In this document: positions 37,206 through 46,386 of the stretch, piece after piece
Numbering within the stretch: the stretch's first letter is position 1
Layout: every line of letters starts with the position of its first letter
NCBI GenBank assembly: GCA_965216875.1
Contig: OZ244207.1
Coordinates: 3,360,001 to 3,424,000 of the forward strand
Reading direction: 5' to 3'
DNA length: 64,000 nt
Source of the DNA: Rubripirellula sp.
GTDB taxonomy: Bacteria > Planctomycetota > Planctomycetia > Pirellulales > Pirellulaceae
Program-made: the position numbers and the translations under genes
The notes under the pieces: generated by a model
Databases searched by the model: none
Told to the model about the DNA's origin: nothing
What the model saw: only the letters and a program-made list of their open reading frames with translations

Positions 37206-37592
37206 CTCGTCAACAGCGCCGAACCGACCCAGCCGCGGACGCATCTCCGCGGCAGGGACGCCATTCTCACAACACGCGGTTCGTCAGGTTTGAGGCGGAA
37301 CACTCATCTCCGCTCATCGAACACTGATCAAAGAGTGGGAGGATGAGTGGCGACTAGAGAAGATTGGTGGCTCTCTCTGTTTTCAGTCGGGTCTGTGCGC
37401 CGTTTTTCAGAAGTGGGTTGATCTTCGCAGCTGCAATTGGGATCACACGGGTCTCCCCGTTGGGCTGACGGGCAAATTGCTATTCCCTCAGCTCGGCCAA
37501 TCGATTAATTATCGCTTTTTCCCGTAGTCTACCCAGGTCGTTGTGCGCTCCTACGTGCGCGTCGCGACCTCCAATGCAGCAAGGAAGTTGTT

Positions 37593-38297
37593 TTGGAAAC
37601 GCTCTCCCTCCGAAGTTTTCTGACCTCCTATCCGTTTCGCCTCGGGCTCTACGGCCTGCTCGTCGTCGGGGCCTACCAGCTGATTTACCTGGGCACAGTG
37701 GCGTGGGGACCAGCTCGAATGGGAGCTGAAAACGGCCCTATCGAGTCAGCGCAAGCCGTATTGGCCGTCATCGCCTCCATCATGCTGTTCATCGCAGCGG
37801 CAAAAACGAAAATTGGCCGAGCCGGCTTGATTTGCTGCGGTGCCGTGGTCGGTTACGCAGCCGCTCGAGAATGCGACGTGTTGTTCGAGACCCTCTTTTT
37901 CGATGACGCGTACAAATACCTGGTTGGCCTGCCACTCGCTGTGATCGCTGCGATCGCGATCGCCGTCAATCGCAAGACCTTCCTTCCTGAAACCATGTGG
38001 CTCGCTCGCCAACCGGCTGCGACTCTATTCATCGTTGCGGGCATTTTCCTAATCGGTGTTTGCCAAACGCTCGACCGTCCTGCAATGTGGCAAGAGGTCA
38101 GCGATCCAATGCAGGCCGCCGTCGTCAAAGGCATGATCGAAGAGTATGCGGAACTCTTCGCCTACATCGTCTTGGCTCTGTCATCAATCGAAGCGGTCAT
38201 CTTGGCCACCAGTGCGAAAACCGAACCGGTGGCTCTGCGACCGTTCGACGGACGCGAAGCCGACGACCAGCCAGACAACCGCTCGCTAGCTGCCTAA
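37593..38297 (+). CDS. multi-pass membrane hypothetical protein
   Basis: About six TM helices with intramembrane acidic motifs (ENGPIE..Q, RE.D, EE.AEL.AY). Confidence 0.7.
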   Translation: METLSLRSFLTSYPFRLGLYGLLVVGAYQLIYLGTVAWGPARMGAENGPIESAQAVLAVIASIMLFIAAAKTKIGRAGLICCGAVVGYAAARECDVLFETLFFDDAYKYLVGLPLAVIAAIAIAVNRKTFLPETMWLARQPAATLFIVAGIFLIGVCQTLDRPAMWQEVSDPMQAAVVKGMIEEYAELFAYIVLALSSIEAVILATSAKTEPVALRPFDGREADDQPDNRSLAA

Positions 38298-38336
38298 CAC
38301 AACGTCACATGGCTGCGCGGCCACTCCACATAGCAC

Positions 38337-38364
38337 GTGAGCCGAACGCGCTAGCGTCGGGCCT
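38337..38364. repeat. REP-like element gtgagccgaacgcgctagcgtcgggcct
   Basis: Further copies at 44358-44384 (1-nt deletion) and 44500-44527; internal palindrome acgc-gcta-gcgt. Confidence 0.8.
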
Positions 38365-38559
38365 CCATCCGCAACCTGGCCGCGTTCGCCTGAGCGTCGT
38401 GACCTTGATTGATTCGAGCTATCTTCTCGCAAAGTTGGCGACGACCAGGTCGAATGCCTCTCAAGAGTGCGTCCCCACTTCCACCACAATTCACGGCGGG
38501 AACTCTTGCTGGCGGGTAGACTGACTGCGTTCGCTCATTGACCGCACAGGTGTCTTCCC

Positions 38560-39990
38560 ATGTTTCGTCAAACCAAGACCGTGGTGTGCCGAGTTCTTTT
38601 ACTGGTTTGCTGTGCAGCACTTTCGGCCGCAGCGGATGACCGGCCGCCAAATGTGTTGTTCCTCGCCGTCGATGATCTGAACGATTTCGTTGGCTGCTTG
38701 GGTGGGCACCCTCAAGCGAAAACTCCGAACATCGATCGTCTTGCCTCGACCGGTGTGCTTTTCGAACAGGCCTATTGCGCCGCACCTCTTTGCCATCCAT
38801 CGCGTACCGCCATCCTGACGGGCCTACGCCCATCGACCACCGGCATCTACGGCAACCTCAATTGGTTCCGTGACATGCCACAGCTAAGTCAGTGGGTCAC
38901 GTTGCCTCAGTATTTTCGCAAACATGGTTATGAAGCTGTCACGGGCGGCAAGATCTTTCATCAAGCGCACGGCAAATGGTCGGACCCCGCCTCTTGGGAC
39001 CAGCAATACACAACCAAATCGGGAACGCAGTGGCCCAAACCGTCGAAGCGTTACCAACATGGGATGCATGATGAATTTGAGAACAAGATCCTTGCTCGCT
39101 TGATTGATTGGGCGCCACTGGATGTCGCCAAAGAAGACACCGCCGACTGGAAGACAGCCGAAGGTGCCGCCGCATACTTGAAGCAGGATCATGACAAGCC
39201 ATTTTTCTTGGCGTGCGGTATCTATCGACCGCATCTCAGTTGGTACGCGCCAAGCGAGTTCTTTGACATGCACCCACTCGACAAGGTTACCTTGCCTCCG
39301 CATCTCGAAGCTGACCTGGAAGATGTTCCCAAGCGCGGACGCATCATGGCGGGCGACGAGTTTCAAACCATCAAGTCGCACGGGCACTGGAAGAGCGCTG
39401 TCCAAGGCTATTTGGCAAGCACTTCGTTCGCGGATGCCTGTGTTGGTGTCGTCCTCGACGCGTTAGCCTCGAGCCAGTATCGCGACAACACAATCGTCGT
39501 TCTGTGGAGCGACCACGGGTATCACCTTGGCCAAAAGAACCACATCGCAAAATCAGCTTTGTGGCAACCAGCGACTCGGTCGCCCTTGATCATTCGAGTT
39601 CCCGGCCTGAAAGAGAACCAACGCTGCTCACATCCGGTCAGCATGATTGATTTGTATCCAACACTTGTCGACTTGTGTGGCCTTCCTCTGCGAGAGGGTC
39701 TTGATGGTCGAAGTATCGCGCCGATTGTGCGTGATCCCAAGGCCGACTGGCCGTACCCGGCTTTGATCACTCATTCGCCACATTGGCACGGTACCAACCA
39801 CGCCGTGCGATCAAAACGCTATCACTACATCCGATACAGCGATGGGGGTGAAGAGCTGTATGACATGCAGAACGATCCCAATCAGTGGCGAAACCTCGCA
39901 AGGCTCCCCGAATTCGTGACCACCAAAAAAGAGCTCGCTCGCTGGTTGCCCAAATCGAACGCCCCCCATTTTCGCGGCGAAAACAAATAG
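38560..39990 (+). CDS. sulfatase (iduronate/choline-sulfatase-like), exported
   Basis: PNVLFLAVDDL, CHPSRTAILTG, GKIFH, RPH, WSDHG.HLG.K and ELYD. Confidence 0.93.
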   Translation: MFRQTKTVVCRVLLLVCCAALSAAADDRPPNVLFLAVDDLNDFVGCLGGHPQAKTPNIDRLASTGVLFEQAYCAAPLCHPSRTAILTGLRPSTTGIYGNLNWFRDMPQLSQWVTLPQYFRKHGYEAVTGGKIFHQAHGKWSDPASWDQQYTTKSGTQWPKPSKRYQHGMHDEFENKILARLIDWAPLDVAKEDTADWKTAEGAAAYLKQDHDKPFFLACGIYRPHLSWYAPSEFFDMHPLDKVTLPPHLEADLEDVPKRGRIMAGDEFQTIKSHGHWKSAVQGYLASTSFADACVGVVLDALASSQYRDNTIVVLWSDHGYHLGQKNHIAKSALWQPATRSPLIIRVPGLKENQRCSHPVSMIDLYPTLVDLCGLPLREGLDGRSIAPIVRDPKADWPYPALITHSPHWHGTNHAVRSKRYHYIRYSDGGEELYDMQNDPNQWRNLARLPEFVTTKKELARWLPKSNAPHFRGENK

Positions 39991-40179
39991 TTCGCGAGCG
40001 ATCGCGATGGAGAATCGTCCACCTTGCCCGGGGCGAGTTGCGGTTCCGCTCTCGCGATTCTTGACTAAAATGGTGCTATCCCACCCCGCAATCCTTCCCT
40101 CCCACCTGGTTTGCGGAATCATCAGCCATCGAGGCTGATTCTCAACCTTCGCACCATGCGATAAAGGAGCACGATCGCC

Positions 40180-42807
40180 ATGCCACGGCGAACGATTCTT
40201 TGGATCACCGCGACCCTCTTCCTCGCCATGCCTGTGTTTGGGCAATCAGAACCCTCCACACTTGATCAAGCGCGCAAGAAGGGACTGGATTCCTCACAGT
40301 ATCGAACGCAAACAAGCGATTCGAAACCTGAGCAGGCGCCAGCGGCCAACCTCGACGAATTCAACCGTACGGTGCTACCGCTACTTCGTGACGCTTGCTT
40401 TGAATGTCATGGTGAATCCAACCAGGAAGGTGAATTCCGAGTCGACACACTCGACCCCAATCTCCTTAGTGGAAAAGACACCGCATGGTGGGTCGAAGTC
40501 TTTGACGTCCTCAGTAAAGGCGAAATGCCTCCCGAAGGCGAGGAGCTATTGAGTGGGGCCGGACGAAGCCAAATCATCGAATGGTTGTCATCAGAACTTC
40601 AGGTTGCATCCCAGGTCGCGCGGACCGAGCAAGGGCATTCCTCGTTTCGACGGCTGACGCGTTACGAATACAACTACGCGTTGCAGGACTTACTAGGGCT
40701 TCCTTATGACTTTGCCAAAGACCTTCCGCCCGAAACCGTTTCGGAAGATGGCTTTCTGAACAGCTCCGAGATGCTTCAACTTTCATCGATGCAATTCGAG
40801 ACCTATCGCGAGGCCGCACGTGCCGCATTGCGAAAGGCAACGGTCCGCGGCGAACAACCGCAACCGATCTTCTACGGCATCACCATGGAAGAAGGTCTTG
40901 AGAAAGAAATTCAGAAATTCGAATCCGATCTTGAAAACCTTCGCAAGCGATTCGCTGATGATCCGGAAAAGCTTGAAGCGGAAATCGCCAAACGAAAAAA
41001 CAGCGGAACACGTGGCGTTCACTACAAGAACCTTGAAACGGGATTCGCAACCCAGGCACGTTGGAGCTACAACGGCGCACGCTACGCCCGCACTCCCGTT
41101 GATGAGCGACCGGATGTACCAGGATCACAACCGGTCGTTGCGGTCATCCCGTACCAACAACGCTTGATCGTCGACCTCGGCGATCACCTTCCCGCCTCGG
41201 GATCGATGCGTCTTCGAATTCGCGCCGGCAAGACATCAACACACAAGGGCGCGCCGGCATCGTTGCGGGTGATCTTTGGACACCAAGCGAGCAACAACTC
41301 GCGCGCCGATGAGCGGGTGGGCACCGTCGACATTCCAATCACTGCTGAAACCGAGGCACCCGAGTTTTACACGTTTGATGTCCCACTCGGTGAAGTCGTT
41401 CGCAATCCCTTTCGTGGGATCCAGGAACTTGGGATGACACCCAATCCAGCCGAATACGTGATGCTTCACAACACTTCGGACCCGATGGCTACGATCCAGA
41501 TTGACTATATCGAGATCATAACGCCGCACTTCGAGAGCTGGCCAACGAAGTCCCATCGCAACGTCTTTCCCCAACGTCAAACAGGGATCGACGATCAAAC
41601 TTACTCGCGTGAGGTGATCACCAATTTCATGCGGCGTGCTTGGCGGCGAACACCTACCGAAGCTGAAATCAACCAAAAGCTTGCGTTATCGCAAAAGCTA
41701 AGGCCTCATTGCAAAGACCTGGAAGAAACACTAGTGAACGTGCTGGCGGAAGTGCTGTCGTCACCAAAGTTTCTCTACATCGTCACGTCAAAGTCCAAGC
41801 AACATGATTTCGAACTGGCGACTCGTTTGTCGATGTTCCTATGGTCAAGTCTCCCCGACCGTCCGCTGATCGAAGCGGCCGAGGCGGGCAAGCTTTCCGA
41901 CGAAAAGGAATTGCGGCGACAAGTTGATCGGATGCTTGATGATCCGCGTGCAAATCGATTTGCCAAGCACTTCGTCCGACAATGGCTCGGCATGCAATTG
42001 ATGGATCATTTGCAGATTCACCGTGACCTTCGCGATTCGATGCACCAAGAACCGATCGCCTACTTTCGAGAGGTCCTCAAGAGCGACGCCAGCATCATTG
42101 ATTTCTTGCACTCCGACTATGCGGTCGTCGACGGCAAACTCGCCCGTCACTACGGAATCCAGGGAGTCGTCGGCAATGAATTTCGTCGCGTCTCCCTTGA
42201 GAAGGAAAAGCGTCGTGGCGGGCTTTTGACACAGGCTGGCCTGCTCGCCATGAACTCCGATGGCAAAGACTCGCACCCGCTGAAGCGAGGCATCTGGTTG
42301 CTCGAAAAAGTGCTGAACGATCCTCCGCCACCGCCACCGCCCGCGGTGCCTGAGATCGACTTGAGCGACCCTAACATCCTCAAACTGTCGCTAAAGGAGC
42401 GCATGGAAGATCACCGCAATGACCCTGCCTGCATGTCATGCCACCAACGCATCGATCCCTGGGGCATCGCGTTTGAGAACTTTGATGCCCAGGGACGATT
42501 TCGCACCAAGATCGGCGGCAAGCCAGTCGATGCGCATGCACTGCTATTCAACAAACAACCGCTCGACGGAATTGACGGACTGAAGCGTTACTTACTTGAA
42601 AACCGTCAGGACCAATTCGCTCGTGCGATGACTTTTAAACTCATGACCTACGCACTTGGCCGACCGATGGCCTTTGCCGACCGAGCGGAACTGGACAAAA
42701 TCACCGCAAAATGCCGTGCCGAAGGGGACGGATTGCGCAGTCTCGTCCATTTGATCGTTGCAAGTGATCTGTTTCGTCAGGACGACGTTTCATCTATGAT
42801 TGAGTAA
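40180..42807 (+). CDS. DUF1592/DUF1588 planctomycete cytochrome c protein (2 CxxCH)
   Basis: CFECH...GEMPP, RRLTRYEY, ELATRLSMFLWSSLPD, FVRQWL, SHPLKRG.W, PPPPPPP and CMSCH.RIDPWG. Confidence 0.9.
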   Translation: MPRRTILWITATLFLAMPVFGQSEPSTLDQARKKGLDSSQYRTQTSDSKPEQAPAANLDEFNRTVLPLLRDACFECHGESNQEGEFRVDTLDPNLLSGKDTAWWVEVFDVLSKGEMPPEGEELLSGAGRSQIIEWLSSELQVASQVARTEQGHSSFRRLTRYEYNYALQDLLGLPYDFAKDLPPETVSEDGFLNSSEMLQLSSMQFETYREAARAALRKATVRGEQPQPIFYGITMEEGLEKEIQKFESDLENLRKRFADDPEKLEAEIAKRKNSGTRGVHYKNLETGFATQARWSYNGARYARTPVDERPDVPGSQPVVAVIPYQQRLIVDLGDHLPASGSMRLRIRAGKTSTHKGAPASLRVIFGHQASNNSRADERVGTVDIPITAETEAPEFYTFDVPLGEVVRNPFRGIQELGMTPNPAEYVMLHNTSDPMATIQIDYIEIITPHFESWPTKSHRNVFPQRQTGIDDQTYSREVITNFMRRAWRRTPTEAEINQKLALSQKLRPHCKDLEETLVNVLAEVLSSPKFLYIVTSKSKQHDFELATRLSMFLWSSLPDRPLIEAAEAGKLSDEKELRRQVDRMLDDPRANRFAKHFVRQWLGMQLMDHLQIHRDLRDSMHQEPIAYFREVLKSDASIIDFLHSDYAVVDGKLARHYGIQGVVGNEFRRVSLEKEKRRGGLLTQAGLLAMNSDGKDSHPLKRGIWLLEKVLNDPPPPPPPAVPEIDLSDPNILKLSLKERMEDHRNDPACMSCHQRIDPWGIAFENFDAQGRFRTKIGGKPVDAHALLFNKQPLDGIDGLKRYLLENRQDQFARAMTFKLMTYALGRPMAFADRAELDKITAKCRAEGDGLRSLVHLIVASDLFRQDDVSSMIE

Positions 42808-42945
42808 ACCAGCCCTCCACAGAATCCTCCCACCCCATTGCCGCCGCAGCTCCAATACCGCTGCGACCTGAGTTGGCATCACGACCTGGTCACCATTCAG
42901 AACGTCATGCTCTCTCGGTCGGCTTCCATGCTCCCACCAACACGC

Positions 42946-44343
42946 ATGAATACAAAACTCAACCAACTTGATCGCCGTCGGTTTCTTCGCGGGACGGGTG
43001 TTGCACTGGCGCTGCCCTGGTTCGAGTCCGCTTTGGCCGTCGGATCAGAAGCCAAGTCAAGCAAGCGGCGTTTCGCAGCGTTCTATCTTCCCGATGGCGT
43101 CCCCATGCCGAGGAAAGAGGATACTGCCCATCACGATTGGAGTTGGTTCCCGCATGGTTCCGGCACCGATTTTCAATTGACCAAATGCCTCGAGCCGCTT
43201 GAACCACTTCGCAGCAACCTCACGATCCTCAGCGGCCTGTCACACCCAGCCGTGCGAAACGTCCACGGGCATTCCAACGCGGATCAATTCTTGACGGGCG
43301 CCGACACCGGCCCCGGCGGTGACTACCAAAACAGCATCTCGCTCGACCAGGTGATGGCCGCCGAAACGGGACGGCACACGCGTTATTCGTCGCTTGTCCT
43401 TTCCACCGACGGTGGCACCGGTTCACCGCGTGGCGCTCAAACCATGTCGTTCAATCAAAGTGGACGCCCCATCCCTGCTGAACATCGACCCAAACGCATC
43501 TTTGACATGCTGTTCGTCAAGAGTGGCGAAGATGCGGCGCAACGTTTGGCGATGAGTCAATCGGCGCTCGACGATTTGCTCGAAGATGCTCGTTCATTGC
43601 AACGAACCCTTTCCAAACACGACCAAGATACCCTCGACCAATACTTGCAATCGGTTCGCGAAACCGAAGTCAAAGTTGAAAAGGCCAAACGTTGGTTGAA
43701 CATCCCGCTGCCAACGGTGAACGTTGACCACTTGAAACTCGACATCACTCCCGAAGAGCCGCGCGGTTATCTAAGGACGATGTACGAGTTGATGTACCTC
43801 GCCTTCCAAACCGATTCCACCCGAGTCGCCACCTACCAACTCGGTCGCGAGAACGGGGTGGGCGTGAGCGATTACTTGGCTCGCGCCGTCGGCTTCAATT
43901 TGACGCACCAGCTCAGCCACAAAACCAAAGAACCGGATGGCTGGAAGAACTTCGGCACCTATTGCCGCTTCCTCGCCGAAGAGCTTGGCAATTTCGCGAC
44001 GCGACTCAACGAGACTCCCGAACCCGGTGGCCAGGGAACGATGCTCGACAACACCGTCCTGCTGTTTGGCTCAGCTTCGAGCGCGTTCCATCTCTCGCGC
44101 AACTATCCATTGATCCTGCTTGGTGGCAAGAACATGGGCTACCGCCACGGACAATACCTCAAGTACGGCAGTGGCAACGAAGACCACCAACTTGGCGCCG
44201 GCATTCGAACCGACGCTGGTTGGCGTGGCGAGATGACTTGGCAAGAAGGGCCGCTATCGGACCTTTACCTCACCATGCTGCACAAGTTCGGCATCCAAGC
44301 AAACAGCTTCGGCGGCAGCACCAACACACTCAGCGAAGTGTAG
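42946..44343 (+). CDS. DUF1552 family protein, Tat-exported
   Basis: DRRRFLRG, ALPWFES, SISLDQ, FQTDSTRV, HQLSH and MLDNT. Confidence 0.9.
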   Translation: MNTKLNQLDRRRFLRGTGVALALPWFESALAVGSEAKSSKRRFAAFYLPDGVPMPRKEDTAHHDWSWFPHGSGTDFQLTKCLEPLEPLRSNLTILSGLSHPAVRNVHGHSNADQFLTGADTGPGGDYQNSISLDQVMAAETGRHTRYSSLVLSTDGGTGSPRGAQTMSFNQSGRPIPAEHRPKRIFDMLFVKSGEDAAQRLAMSQSALDDLLEDARSLQRTLSKHDQDTLDQYLQSVRETEVKVEKAKRWLNIPLPTVNVDHLKLDITPEEPRGYLRTMYELMYLAFQTDSTRVATYQLGRENGVGVSDYLARAVGFNLTHQLSHKTKEPDGWKNFGTYCRFLAEELGNFATRLNETPEPGGQGTMLDNTVLLFGSASSAFHLSRNYPLILLGGKNMGYRHGQYLKYGSGNEDHQLGAGIRTDAGWRGEMTWQEGPLSDLYLTMLHKFGIQANSFGGSTNTLSEV

Positions 44344-44357
44344 CGGCTGCGGTTTTT

Positions 44358-44527
44358 GTGAGCGAACGCGCTAGCGTCGGGCCTTGCCATCGACGACGCG
44401 CATGCGAACACTCGTCATGCGGAGCATGACCTACTAAAGGACGCGGAGCGTCCCAAGAGTGCGTTACCACGCTGAGCGTGGTAACGAGGCTCGGTTTCTG
44501 TGAGCCGAACGCGCTAGCGTCGGGCCT
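44358..44527. repeat. cluster of palindromic repeats between convergent genes
   Basis: Two gtgag(c)cgaacgcgctagcgtcgggcct copies flank the perfect hairpin cgttaccacgc-tga-gcgtggtaacg (44462-44486). Confidence 0.8.
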
Positions 44528-44551
44528 TACTAACGCGGCCAACAACCTGAA

Positions 44552-46309
44552 TCATGCCACGACTCCATCCCTGCTCCGCGGACCGTTGAGCATCCGACCG
44601 ATGAGCGTGTAGCGGACTCCGTATCGGTACGTCAGCAACAAGAAGCCCGACACCGCGATGGTGATGCCGACGAACTTCAACGGCGTCGGAAGCGGGCTGT
44701 CCTTGACGTACCACTGAGCAACCAAAATCAACGGCAAGTGTGCAAGGTACAACCAATAGGAAGAATCGGAGAGGTACCGCATCGATTTGCTTTCCTTACT
44801 CAACGTCCGCCGACACAACCCGATCAAACCGAAGGTCATTAACCACGCGTAAAGTGCCTGCAAAAAGTTCGACACGACTCCAGCGACCGATGCGCTGGCG
44901 GGCAGTGAAACGAAATTCACCGTGTCCGAAACAAGATCGAGACCGATCGGCAAGACAACAAGCATCGCGACGCCAAGCATGGTCGGCCAGTGGCGTCCAA
45001 GCTTGCCATCGGTATCGTTCATTTCCCAGTAGAGCGAGCCGAAGAAAAAGAAGATTCCGTAGTAGGCCAGCACACTCGGAATCGGAAGCATACCGACGGA
45101 GGGATCAGGCCCAAAGGTGCTCGGGTCCATCAAGGACTGTGGCAACATCGTCAGCGGCACGAGCCAAAGGAGACTCAGTGGCGAACAAACGAACCACGCG
45201 GGAAGCCGAGTGATCCTCAAGCGATCGGCAACCAACGCGTAAAGGACGAATGCCACGATCAACCAGCACAGAAACCACAAGAACCACAGATGCATAAAGA
45301 TGGGCAATTGAAACAACAGCCCGTGGAGAGATTCCCAAGCCGTCTGTCCCGAACCGCTGGGTGACCCAAGGTATTCCGTGACTTCCATCTGTTCCGCGAT
45401 CTCGGCTCGAGCAGCCTTCAACGCTTCCTCATCGAGCTGCAATCCAAAAGATGCGGCAATGAAGCTGGTCGTTCCGAAATCAAGTTTCAGCAGGTCCTTT
45501 GGCGTTTGGCCATTTGCGTCGAGCGCGTCCACATCGGCACCGGCTTGCAACAGCAGTTTGGCCGCTTCCGCTCGCCCAACAAACGCGGCACTATGAAGTG
45601 CCGTCCCCTGATCGCCGTTTCGTTGACGAACATCAACGCCCTGGTCAATGAGCATCTCGACCATCTCGGTGTGTCCAAGAAAGACCGCGACGGTCAACAT
45701 CGTTGCACCGTCATTGCTCACCGCATCGACCGCGATTTCCGAGGTTTGGATAGCGTCACGTACGCGGTTGGTTTCGCCCGCGACAATCGCCTCCCAAACC
45801 ATCGCGTCTGCGGCCGGCGTCTCAGAGGGACGATTCACGAACATGATCGCGGCCCACATGGCCGGAATCACGGTGAAAAGCCCGAGCAATAGAGGGAGAG
45901 CGATCCGCTTAAGGCGTTGCTTGATCAACCCGCCGAGACCGCGTTTGCGCCAGAGCATTGCGGTGAAAAATCCGCTAAGCATGAAGAACAGTGGCATCCG
46001 AAATCCGTGGATCGCCGAGAATATCACGTCGTAGATTTCGCTCTGATGCGAGTCCTTGACGGTCCACGGGATCGTCGAGAAAGACAATGCCGCGTGCAGC
46101 ACGATGCCTAACAACATGGCGCCCGCTCGTAAGGCATCGAGGTCGTGCCGCCGATCAATCGCGGGTGCGACGCGATTCGCATCATTGTCTTCAACGTCGA
46201 CCGAAAAAGTCTCCTTGGTCGGCGCGGCTTCGAGCGGCCTGTCGATAGTGGGGGATGATGTATTGATAACGAAGTCCTCGTTTGAGTTAGGAAACAATTC
46301 AGGAAACAA
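44552..46309 (-). CDS. OpgC/MdoC-like acyltransferase-3 family membrane protein with inserted ankyrin repeats
   Basis: RRHDLDALRA.AMLLGIVLH, FRMPLFF.LSGFF, HLWFL and SYWLYLAH; ankyrin motifs GATML..A...GH, GTALHSAA..GR and GQTP. Start uncertain (TTG at 46309 or 46297). Confidence 0.8.
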   Translation of the reverse strand: MFPELFPNSNEDFVINTSSPTIDRPLEAAPTKETFSVDVEDNDANRVAPAIDRRHDLDALRAGAMLLGIVLHAALSFSTIPWTVKDSHQSEIYDVIFSAIHGFRMPLFFMLSGFFTAMLWRKRGLGGLIKQRLKRIALPLLLGLFTVIPAMWAAIMFVNRPSETPAADAMVWEAIVAGETNRVRDAIQTSEIAVDAVSNDGATMLTVAVFLGHTEMVEMLIDQGVDVRQRNGDQGTALHSAAFVGRAEAAKLLLQAGADVDALDANGQTPKDLLKLDFGTTSFIAASFGLQLDEEALKAARAEIAEQMEVTEYLGSPSGSGQTAWESLHGLLFQLPIFMHLWFLWFLCWLIVAFVLYALVADRLRITRLPAWFVCSPLSLLWLVPLTMLPQSLMDPSTFGPDPSVGMLPIPSVLAYYGIFFFFGSLYWEMNDTDGKLGRHWPTMLGVAMLVVLPIGLDLVSDTVNFVSLPASASVAGVVSNFLQALYAWLMTFGLIGLCRRTLSKESKSMRYLSDSSYWLYLAHLPLILVAQWYVKDSPLPTPLKFVGITIAVSGFLLLTYRYGVRYTLIGRMLNGPRSRDGVVA

Positions 46310-46386
46310 CGGGCGCGCAGAACGATCCCACGAAATGGATTGAGGGGCATCACGAGATGCAGAGCGAAGAGAACCGCGAGAGTCCG

